Part shown: positions 1-7,862 of the stretch, one piece after another
Position numbering within the stretch: position 1 is the first letter of the stretch
How the letters are laid out: every line of letters begins with the position of its first letter
NCBI GenBank assembly: GCA_046541515.1
Contig: JBKHDD010000005.1
Coordinates: 647 to 64,646 of the forward strand
Length of the DNA: 64,000 bases
Origin: Desulfococcaceae bacterium
Lineage (GTDB): Bacteria; Desulfobacterota; Desulfobacteria; Desulfobacterales; Desulfococcaceae
Reading direction: 5' to 3'
Translations under genes and position numbers: made by a program
Notes under the pieces: model-generated
Told to the model about the DNA's origin: nothing
The model's input: the letters and a program-made list of their open reading frames with translations, nothing else
Databases searched by the model: none

Positions 1-1
1 T

Positions 2-79
2 TTTACCATTGTGGATGCTCCTCGGGCCGGTACCGTCTTAACTCCGGAGGAGGTTCGACAAGCGCATGAAAATTGGTAA
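2..79 (+). CDS. 3' end (25 codons) of an unidentified CDS entering from the left edge
   Basis: The frame is open from the window edge to TAA at 77-79. It reads FTIVDAPRAGTVLTPEEVRQAHENW*, a balanced protein-like tail that is too short to assign to a family. Confidence 0.25.
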   Translation, partial: FTIVDAPRAGTVLTPEEVRQAHENW

Positions 80-436
80 ATTTGTTTGAATCGACGCCAT
101 ATCCGAATTGTCGATATGAAGAAACTATGGGCCGGCGTCAATTTCCGCCAACACCGGAACATGATCCGAAGATCGATACGGCGTCGGCCGGCAGAAGCGG
201 ATCGTCGCTTCGGATTTGCCTTCGGCCTCGTAGTCCGGCAGATCGGATTCGTCGGCGTTGACGGGCCATGCGGTGGTCCCGGTCGCCCGCGTCGCCAAGA
301 ACGGGCCGGCAAGGGCGTGGCATAGGTAGCCGGCCGCGCCGTCGTGGACGTAGGCCTAGGCGGCGGAACCAGGGAGGCGCACAGCCTTTGGGAATTCATT
401 TTTTTTGTAATTCTAATTTGATAGGTTGTTCGGCTG

Positions 437-476
437 GCGGCTTTCTCCACCTTATTGTAAAGGGGGAGAAAGCCGC
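437..476. repeat. perfect 12-bp-stem inverted repeat in a non-coding leader
   Basis: GCGGCTTTCTCC (437-448) pairs with GGAGAAAGCCGC (465-476) across a 16-nt loop. It is followed directly by the 12-bp palindrome CTGTTCGAACAG (476-487). Confidence 0.8.
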
Positions 477-807
477 TGTTCGAACAGCCTGCCAAGGTTG
501 AATTAGTAAATTAACGGAATTCATTTTTCATTTTTCGGGTTTTTTATTTATCCTGATTCAAGATCGTGGTTGTCGGCGTCTCCGCGTTGTGATAAAATTC
601 CAAGGTTGATTGGACGAGGCATTCCATTCATTTGGGTCTGCCGGTTTCCCCGGGTCCTTTTTCCGACGACGCCGGTCAATTCCACTTTGGCAAGTTGTTC
701 GGGCATGGGTTTTCTCTCCATTTTGTAAAGGTGACCGGGGAGTTTTTAGGGCCGGAAGACTCCGTTTCCACTTTTAAAGCGCCAATCCGCCAAAGTAGAA
801 TTAAGAT

Positions 808-887
808 CAATACCGTTCATTTTGGCGAAAATTTGGAGGGGCGAATCGCATTCGTCCTTGGAAATCCCAAATTGAACGCCATTGCGG
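808..887. repeat. miniature TIR-bounded repeat element, 80-bp copy
   Basis: Starts CAATACCGTTCATTTTGG and ends CCAAATTGAACGCCATTG (imperfect terminal inverted repeats). Central hairpin GGGCGAAT-cgc-ATTCGTCC lies at 839-857. Direct TTAAGAT repeats flank it at 801-807 and 888-894. Related copies lie at 6948, 14053, 34766 and 61609. Confidence 0.8.
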
Positions 888-1085
888 TTAAGATGGGCGC
901 TCCGCCGGGCGGCGGCGGGATTTTTCCGGGGGAAGGGGAATTTTTCACGATTTTTTTCCGGAATTTTGCCGGGAAATAACCGGTTCCAAATATTCCCCAA
1001 ACATAAACCAAATATAAACCAAATATAAAAATGATACTTGCGCCAAGGGACGACCGCCGCCGCGACAACGTTCCCCGGCCGATTC

Positions 1086-1113
1086 CAATGCCGTTCACTT
1101 TGGGATTTCAGAA
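1086..1113. repeat. solo terminal fragment of the same repeat family
   Basis: CAATGCCGTTCACTTTGGGATTTCAGAAG matches the end CACCGTTCACTTTGGGATTTCCAAAG of the copy at 6948. No central hairpin or second end follows. Confidence 0.6.
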
Positions 1114-1144
1114 GAAAAAAGAAAACCACGCAAAGGAGACGCAC

Positions 1145-4100
1145 ATGAAACCAAATTTACACCGACGATTGCGGCATGGAACCGGACTGCTTTTGGCCCT
1201 GATCCCCTTCGTATTCTTCGGATGCGGGGAACCGACGCCGGAACGGATCGACATCACTCCGCAAAGCCGGGAAATGGCCGTGGGAGAAACGGTCGAATTC
1301 AGCGCCACGGTTCTGAATTCAGACGGCGAGGCCATGCCGGACCAGCCGATATCCTGGCAGGCGACCGGCGAAGCCGGAAGGATCGACGGGACGGGAACGT
1401 TTTCCGCCCGGCAGCCCGGCGAGGCCGAAATTACCGCCACTTCCGGCGAACTCTCCGCCGCGGCCTCGGTGACGGTGACCCCGGCGGCCCTTTCGGATCT
1501 GGAAATTTCTCCTGCGGAGCCCGGCGGCCAGATCGGGGAAGAACTGACCCTGACCATCGCCGGGAAAGACGCCGATGATCAGCCTGCGGGATACCACACG
1601 GTTTCGATCTCCACGCCCACGGAAAATTTGTCTCTCGCCGCGGAGGAGGCCACCCTGGACGAAAATGGGTCGGCCGAGATCGCGTTGACCCTTCCGCCGA
1701 CGCCCGGCGAGGCGGAGGTTCGGCTGACGGTTGGCGAGATGGAAAAAACCGTGGCCATCCAGGTCGATCCACGCCCCATTGCCGATCTCTCGGTCTCGCC
1801 GGAAACGTCCCGGGCCCTGGCGGGCGCCGAGGTGCCGGTGACGATCCAGGCCACGGACGCGGACGGCGAGCCGGCGGGCTTCCACGAGTTGACATTGGAA
1901 CCCGCGGATGACGCCATCGCCGTTTCCGAAGATCGCGTCACCCTGGACGCGGAAGGAACGGCCCAATTCACCGTCACGCTCTCGTCGTCTCCCGGCGCCA
2001 ACGCGGTTGCGCTTCGGATTCCCGGCGAAGAGGACGCCCGGGCCACGCTGGAGATCGCCGGCGCCCCCGTTTCCCGGCTGACCATCTCCCCCCGGGAGGA
2101 CGCCTTCGCCATCGGCCAACAGGTGGAATTCACCGCCACCGGCCACGACGAATTCGGGAACAGCCGGCCCGTCGATCCGGAATGGTCGCTGAGCCAACCG
2201 GTGGCGACGGTTTCGGAAGACGGCAAGGCCACCATGAAGTCACTGGGCGAAGGCATTTTGTTCGCCCGATACCAGGGGGTCCAGGCCGCCCAGCCGTTTT
2301 CGGTGGTTCCGGGCGAGCCGGCGGAAGTGCGAATCGAGCCGAAGGAGCTGAAAGCCGCGGCCGGAGAACGGGTCAATTTCAGCGGCACGGTGTTCAACGC
2401 CTACGAGCAGCCCCTTTCCGTTTCCATCCAGTGGGAGACGGAAGGAGGGATCGGCGAGATCAGCGGAGAAGGCGCATTCGTGGCGCAAACGGCGGGCACG
2501 GGCCAAGTGGTGGCCCGCAGCGGGGACGCCCAAGCCGAAGTCCCGGTGACGGTGGGCCACGGCGAACTTCACGAAATTGACTTTTCCCTGGAAAAATCGG
2601 TCATTCCCGCCGGGGAGACGGTGGAACTCTCCGCCCGGGGGATGGACGCCTTCGGCAACCGGTTTCCCATCCGCCCGGAATGGCTGTTGAGCACCTCCAT
2701 CGGCGAGGTGGAGCAGGAGGAAAACCGGTTCAGGGCGCTTCGCGCCGGCGCCGGCGAAATCATCGCCAAGGTGGGCGAAGTGCTCCGGGGTGCGAGGGTC
2801 GAAGTGGTTCCCGGTTCGCTTTCCCGGCTGGAAATGAAACCCCAGAGCGCCAACCTGATCGCGGGGGAGACGGTGGAATTCGCGGTGGAGGGATTCGACC
2901 GGTTTGACAACCTGATTTCAGTGGAACCCGAATTTTCCCTCAGTCGGGAAATCGGCGAACTGGCGCCGGACGGAACCCTTACGGTGGAAACCGCCGGCAA
3001 CGCGGTGGTCACCGCCAAGGTGGAGGATTTTTCCTCGGAAAGCACGGTGGCCGTGGCCCCGGCGGAAATGGAAACCGCCCGCATCGTTCCGGAAGGCCCC
3101 ATCGGCCTGACGGCCGGAGACGCCCAGGCCCTGAAGGTATCGGGATTTGACGCCTACGGCAATACCGTGACCTCCCGAGTGCAATGGGGGATTCGCCCCG
3201 CGCTGGGACGAATCACCGAAAACGGGGTGTTGCACCCGGAAAAGGCCGGCAAGGGAACGGTCATGGCCACCGTGACCCAGCCGCGAACCGGCCGGACGCT
3301 GGAGGTCGCCACGCCCTTTTCCGTGGCTCCGGGGCAGACCGCCCGCATCGAGGTCCAGCCCGAGGCGGCCGAGCTGGTGGCCGGAGAGTCGGTCCAGTTC
3401 ACCGCCGCCAGCTTCGACCGCTTCGACAACCGAACCGAGGCGGAGATCGACTGGAAGCTGGGTCCGCCGGAACTGGGAGAGATCGACGACACCGGGCGAT
3501 TTAGCGGCGTCCGCGCCGAGACCGGGCAGGTGTCGGCCGTGCACGGCAACGTCGAGGGAACCGCGGCGGTCGCCGTGGTTCCCGCGGAAGTGGCCTTCCT
3601 GAAAATCATTCCGGAATCCATAGATATCCGGGCCGGGGAGCAGGTCTCTCTGGACGCCATCATCGAAGACCGGTTCGGCAACGAAATCCCCGGCCGGGCG
3701 CTGTGGCAGCTTTCCCCGGATTCTCTGGGAACCATCGAAGACGCGGCCGAAGACGCGGCCCTCGCCGGACAAAAAGCCGGGGAGGGAAAGCTCGTCGCCA
3801 CCTTCGAAGACCGGGTGGCCACCGCGCCGGTCACGGTGTCGCCGGGCCCCCTGCACGCCATTGAGCTTACGCCCGCCGGGGCGGAGGTGGCCGCCGGGTC
3901 GACGCTGGAATTCACCGCCAAAGGGTACGATCCCGGCGGGAATCCGGTGTCGGCCGAGGTGGAATGGTCGCTGTCCGAACCGGTGGGAAAATTGGACGAC
4001 GGGGGCACTCTGGAAGCGGAAAAAACCGGCGCCGCCGAAGTTCAGGCCCGGGCGGGCGACGTTTCCGCCACGGTTTCGGTGGAGGTGGTTCCGGGCGAGC

Positions 4101-5917
4101 CCGCGGAGATCCGACTGTCGGAAACCGAGCTGGAACTGACCGCCGGCGAAACCCATGCCTTTTCCTTCGAAGTGTTCGACGGCCAGGGCAACCGGATTCC
4201 CGATCCGGGATATCGCTGGGAGGTGCCCGACGATCGGGGCGTTTTTTCCGCCGACAACCAGTTCACGGCCAAGCGGGCCGGCGAGGGGCCGGTCCGGCTG
4301 GTGGCGGGGCCGGTTACCGAAACCATCTCGGTGACGGTGAATCCCGGCGACATCGCCCGGGTGGAAGTGGCCCCGGCGGAACGGAATCTTCGGGCCGGGG
4401 ATACGCGGCCCTTTACCGCTTCCGGGTTCGACGCCCAGGACAATCCGCTGGAGATTTCCCCGGTCTGGTCGGTGGACGGCGGCGTCGGAACGATCCAAGA
4501 AAGCGGCGAGTTCCAGGCGACCCGGGTGGGCGACGGTTTCGTGGTGGCCCGGATGGATTCGGCCTCCGGCGTGGCGCGGATTTCGGTGGAACCGGGGCCG
4601 GTGGACCGGGTCGAAATTTCGCCGGATTCCGTGGAAATCGCGGCCGGAGAGGTGGCCCGCCTCTCGGCCACCGCCTTCGACGCCTTCGACAATCCGACCC
4701 CGGCCGCGGTCTCCTGGTCCCTGTCCGACGCGGCGGAGGCCGGGGGCGAACTGACCGGCCCGGGAACCTTCCAGGCCCGAACGGTCGGTTCCGGCCACAT
4801 TCTGGCCGCGGCCGAAGGGGTATCGGGTCGGGTTCCCGTGGAAATCTCCCACGGCCCCCTGAGGGAATTGTCCTTTCGGCGGGAGGCCGCGGAGTTGCGG
4901 GCCGGCGAGCGGACCGAACTCCAGGTTTCCGGTCGGGACGCCTTCGGCAACGATGTCCCCGTGGAGCCGAATCTGACCGTTTTTCCGGAAACCCTGGGAG
5001 AAATTGGGGCGGACGGATCGACGTTCGAGGCCCGAGGGGTCGGTTCCGGCCGAATCGAGGCCCGTTTCGGAACCGTCACCGCCGATCTCGCCGTCGCCGT
5101 CCGGCCGGGCGAGCCGACTTCCATCGAAGTTCAACTTCCCGCCGGTTCCCTCATGGCGGGGAAGACCTATTCCCTCCAGGCGATCGGATACGATCCCGGC
5201 GGGAATCCGGTTCCGATTTCGGCGGAATGGGCCGCAAGTCCGGAGGTGGGACGGATTGAAAGCGATACCGGATTGTTCCATGCCCGGAAGGCCGGAACCG
5301 GCCTGGTGGTGGCCTACGGCGACGGCGTCAAGGCCGCGAAAACCGTTGAAGTCCAACCCGGCGATCTCTACAAGCTGTTCCTGTCGCCAAATCCGGTCAC
5401 GGTGGCCTCGGCCACCGTTCAGGAATTCACGGCGAGCGGATACGACGTGGAGGAAAACGAGGTTCCCCTTTCGGAATCGGCCGTGGAGTGGGAAACGGCG
5501 GGCGACATCGGCCAAATGGAAGCCCCCGGCGAATTCCTCGGAACCCGGATGGGCAAGGGCAAGGTGATCGCCCGCACCGGCGACCTGCTGGCGGAGTCCT
5601 ATGTCACGGTCATCCCCGGCCAACCGGTGTTGGCCAACAGCCGCATCCGGGTCACCCACCCCGCCCTTCCGGCCGACGGCAACGCGTTCTCGGAGGTAAT
5701 TGTGGAGGTCCGGGACCGCCACCACAATCCGGTTCCGGAGATTTCGGTCACGCTGGTTTCCAGCCGGCAGGGGGACGAGGTCGTTCAGCCCGGGCCCACC
5801 GGCGAAGACGGCCAGGCCCGGGGCCGGGTCCTTTCCACGGAAGCCGGCGATTCGGTGATTCGAGCGGTCATCGACGGAAGGTCCTTTCCGGACACCGCCC
5901 GGGTGACGTTCGAGTAG
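1145..5917 (+). CDS. giant surface lipoprotein with ~17 tandem Ig-like (Big_2-type) repeats and a C-terminal invasin/intimin-like Big_1 domain
   Basis: ATG at 1145 is preceded by AAGGAG. The N-terminus MKPNLHRRLRHGTGLLLALIPFVFFGC is a signal peptide with a lipobox Cys. About 17 modules of ~90 aa follow, each opening with V.P(G/A)....(I/L).(I/V).P (VTPAALSDLEISP, VVPGEPAEVRIEP, VNPGDIARVEVAP ...). The last ~95 aa (ANSRIRVTHPALPADGNAFSEVIVEVRDRHHNPV..) resemble Big_1. The ORF-track start at 1031 was trimmed. Confidence 0.9.
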   Translation: MKPNLHRRLRHGTGLLLALIPFVFFGCGEPTPERIDITPQSREMAVGETVEFSATVLNSDGEAMPDQPISWQATGEAGRIDGTGTFSARQPGEAEITATSGELSAAASVTVTPAALSDLEISPAEPGGQIGEELTLTIAGKDADDQPAGYHTVSISTPTENLSLAAEEATLDENGSAEIALTLPPTPGEAEVRLTVGEMEKTVAIQVDPRPIADLSVSPETSRALAGAEVPVTIQATDADGEPAGFHELTLEPADDAIAVSEDRVTLDAEGTAQFTVTLSSSPGANAVALRIPGEEDARATLEIAGAPVSRLTISPREDAFAIGQQVEFTATGHDEFGNSRPVDPEWSLSQPVATVSEDGKATMKSLGEGILFARYQGVQAAQPFSVVPGEPAEVRIEPKELKAAAGERVNFSGTVFNAYEQPLSVSIQWETEGGIGEISGEGAFVAQTAGTGQVVARSGDAQAEVPVTVGHGELHEIDFSLEKSVIPAGETVELSARGMDAFGNRFPIRPEWLLSTSIGEVEQEENRFRALRAGAGEIIAKVGEVLRGARVEVVPGSLSRLEMKPQSANLIAGETVEFAVEGFDRFDNLISVEPEFSLSREIGELAPDGTLTVETAGNAVVTAKVEDFSSESTVAVAPAEMETARIVPEGPIGLTAGDAQALKVSGFDAYGNTVTSRVQWGIRPALGRITENGVLHPEKAGKGTVMATVTQPRTGRTLEVATPFSVAPGQTARIEVQPEAAELVAGESVQFTAASFDRFDNRTEAEIDWKLGPPELGEIDDTGRFSGVRAETGQVSAVHGNVEGTAAVAVVPAEVAFLKIIPESIDIRAGEQVSLDAIIEDRFGNEIPGRALWQLSPDSLGTIEDAAEDAALAGQKAGEGKLVATFEDRVATAPVTVSPGPLHAIELTPAGAEVAAGSTLEFTAKGYDPGGNPVSAEVEWSLSEPVGKLDDGGTLEAEKTGAAEVQARAGDVSATVSVEVVPGEPAEIRLSETELELTAGETHAFSFEVFDGQGNRIPDPGYRWEVPDDRGVFSADNQFTAKRAGEGPVRLVAGPVTETISVTVNPGDIARVEVAPAERNLRAGDTRPFTASGFDAQDNPLEISPVWSVDGGVGTIQESGEFQATRVGDGFVVARMDSASGVARISVEPGPVDRVEISPDSVEIAAGEVARLSATAFDAFDNPTPAAVSWSLSDAAEAGGELTGPGTFQARTVGSGHILAAAEGVSGRVPVEISHGPLRELSFRREAAELRAGERTELQVSGRDAFGNDVPVEPNLTVFPETLGEIGADGSTFEARGVGSGRIEARFGTVTADLAVAVRPGEPTSIEVQLPAGSLMAGKTYSLQAIGYDPGGNPVPISAEWAASPEVGRIESDTGLFHARKAGTGLVVAYGDGVKAAKTVEVQPGDLYKLFLSPNPVTVASATVQEFTASGYDVEENEVPLSESAVEWETAGDIGQMEAPGEFLGTRMGKGKVIARTGDLLAESYVTVIPGQPVLANSRIRVTHPALPADGNAFSEVIVEVRDRHHNPVPEISVTLVSSRQGDEVVQPGPTGEDGQARGRVLSTEAGDSVIRAVIDGRSFPDTARVTFE

Positions 5918-5993
5918 GCGAATCGATGCCGCCCCTTTTCCCCGGCGAACCGCTCGCGGTTTGTCCGGGGAAGGGGCTCCGACCAAGGTCCCC

Positions 5994-6884
5994 ATGCCCG
6001 ATTTCATTCGACATTCCGCCCGCTGCTTCGACGCCGCTTTCCGCGCCTGGGAACAAGATGGCGTCCGAAAAGCCATGGGCGGCTTGCTGTTGATCATTTT
6101 TCTCGGGGCTCTGGCGGCGATCGAGCTGGGGCGACGGGGCATGGTCCCGGCCGCCATTGGGGTTCTGTTGCCGCGCAGCCATTTCTACGCCATCAGCGTC
6201 ACCTTCACGGTGTTGCTGTATCTGGAGGTCATCGACCTGGTTTTCGGGATGGGCCGGTCGTTTTCCAAATCGGTGGGCAAGCAGTTCGAAATTTTCTCGT
6301 TGATCCTGCTGCGGCAGTCCTTCAAGGATTTCACCCGGCTTCCGGAGCCGCTCCACTGGCCCGATTCCACGGCGCCGGTGGCGGCCATTTTGACCAACGG
6401 GATCGGCGCCCTGGCCATCTTCGGCGTGTTGTTCCTTTATTATCGGGTGCTTTACCATCAGCCCATCACCCAAAGCGAGCGGGAAACGGCCGGATTCATC
6501 GCCGCAAAAAAGACCATCGCGTTGCTGCTGCTGGGGATTTTCGGCTTCAGCGGCCTGATCCATCTGACGGATTTCGTCTTCGGTCGTCGGGCCGGCCAGT
6601 TTTTCGACGTGTTCTACACCGTCCTCGTGTTCAGCGACATCCTCGTCGTGCTCATCAGCCTTCGCTACACGCATTACTTTCCCGTGGTCTTTCGAAATTC
6701 CGGCTTCGCCCTGGCCACCGTCCTTCTGCGGCTGGCACTCACCGCCCCCGCCCACTTCGGCGCGGGGCTGGGGCTGATCGCGGCCCTTTACGTCCTCGGC
6801 GTCATGAGCGTCTACAACCTCATGCTGCCGGTGCAGCAGGACGGGGATGGCGGCGAAATCGAGGCCGAAATCGAGGAGACCTAA
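5994..6884 (+). CDS. polytopic inner-membrane protein of unknown function (about 7 hydrophobic segments), probably co-transcribed with the Ig-repeat lipoprotein
   Basis: ATG at 5994, 76 nt after the upstream stop. Several long hydrophobic stretches are present (GGLLLIIFLGALAAI, FYAISVTFTVLLYLEVI, ILTNGIGALAIFGVLFLYY, IALLLLGIFGFSGLI, FYTVLVFSDILVVLISL, GLGLIAALYVLGVMSVY). No family was recognised. Confidence 0.7.
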   Translation: MPDFIRHSARCFDAAFRAWEQDGVRKAMGGLLLIIFLGALAAIELGRRGMVPAAIGVLLPRSHFYAISVTFTVLLYLEVIDLVFGMGRSFSKSVGKQFEIFSLILLRQSFKDFTRLPEPLHWPDSTAPVAAILTNGIGALAIFGVLFLYYRVLYHQPITQSERETAGFIAAKKTIALLLLGIFGFSGLIHLTDFVFGRRAGQFFDVFYTVLVFSDILVVLISLRYTHYFPVVFRNSGFALATVLLRLALTAPAHFGAGLGLIAALYVLGVMSVYNLMLPVQQDGDGGEIEAEIEET

Positions 6885-6947
6885 AGGCGAACCCGCCCCC
6901 GGGAACGAAGAGTTTCACTCGTCGCCCGGTTTCCGGCCAAGCCCCGA

Positions 6948-7048
6948 CACCGTTCACTTTGGGATTTCCAAAGGGCGAACGGGCCCGATTGTCCGAGGGC
7001 GAATGCAATTCGCCCCCCCGCAAATTTTCGCCAAAATGAACGGTATTG
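6948..7048. repeat. miniature TIR-bounded repeat element, 101-bp archetype copy
   Basis: Ends are CACCGTTCACTTTGG ... CCAAAATGAACGGTATTG. Perfect central hairpin GGGCGAAT-gca-ATTCGCCC lies at 6997-7015. It is flanked by the 13-bp direct repeat GGCCAAGCCCCGA (6935-6947 and 7049-7061) and sits between convergent genes. Confidence 0.85.
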
Positions 7049-7121
7049 GGCCAAGCCCCGATTCGACGAGTGCGACTCGTCGCTCCCAAAGGCCCCGGGT
7101 TCGGGATTTGCGGCGAACCCC

Positions 7122-7862
7122 TCACCCTCCGGAGATCGGACTTCCCAAACACCCCGCCACGTGGGCCGCCAGCACCCGGTGAATGGATTCCGTGTGTGAA
7201 TTCGTCAGCCTCTCCGTCCCCAAGGCCCGGAGCAGGCTCTCCCGGTTCACCAGGAATCCCAGAAGCTGGCCGATCAGCGCGTGGACGCGGATTTTCACTT
7301 CGTCGCTTTCCGGATCGAGGCCGGTGCGGGCGCCCGCCAGGGTGGCGAGAATCCGCTGGACCCGCCGGATGTGCCGGTCGTAAAACAGATGGAAGCCCTC
7401 GGTGGGATGAAACTGCTCCCGCAGCAACACCCGGGCCCAGACCTTGGGCTCGTCGAATTCCACCATCAGTTCGGCCAATGCTCGGAAAATCCGTTGGCAA
7501 CCCGCCAAAGCCCGGCCCCCGTCCATCGGCCCCGCCGCGATTTCCGCCTCCAGGTCCCGAAGAACGCCCCCGATGGCGGCGGAAATGGCCGCCACGATGT
7601 GCGCCACCACGGCCAGATACAGCCCCCGCTTGCTTCCGAAATGGTAGGGAATCGCCGCCACGTTGGCCCCGGACAATTCCGCCAGCATGCGGGTGCTCGT
7701 GCCCTTGATTCCGTATTCCCCGAACAATTCCAGCCCCGCATGGATCAGGGCCCGGCGGGTTTCGTCCCCCCGTCGGGCGGCCGTCGCGCCGGATTTCCCG
7801 TTTTTTCGCGTCGTCCCGGATTCAGCCGCCCTCGTTTCCTCCCTCCCAATTTCATGTCTCAT
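7122..7862 (-). CDS. TetR/AcrR-family transcriptional repressor
   Basis: The N-terminal HTH segment RRALIHAGLELFGEYGIKGTSTRMLAELSGANVAAIPYHFGSKRGLY is a typical TetR signature. The ATG overlaps the RND gene 3' end by 11 nt. Confidence 0.9.
   Translation of the reverse strand: MRHEIGREETRAAESGTTRKNGKSGATAARRGDETRRALIHAGLELFGEYGIKGTSTRMLAELSGANVAAIPYHFGSKRGLYLAVVAHIVAAISAAIGGVLRDLEAEIAAGPMDGGRALAGCQRIFRALAELMVEFDEPKVWARVLLREQFHPTEGFHLFYDRHIRRVQRILATLAGARTGLDPESDEVKIRVHALIGQLLGFLVNRESLLRALGTERLTNSHTESIHRVLAAHVAGCLGSPISGG

Noticed and set aside
2918-6157. 1079-aa minus-strand ORF antisense to the Ig-repeat gene. Similar very long ORFs occur at 7663..11796 (+), 8600..12130 (-), 12282..14006 (-), 41295..42401 (-), 42649..44880 (+) and 56941..58659 (-).
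   Set aside because: They are Arg/Gly/Pro/His-rich with low-complexity translations and no recognisable motifs. Each lies opposite or out of frame to a gene with clear family signatures. These are typical shadow ORFs of GC-rich DNA.
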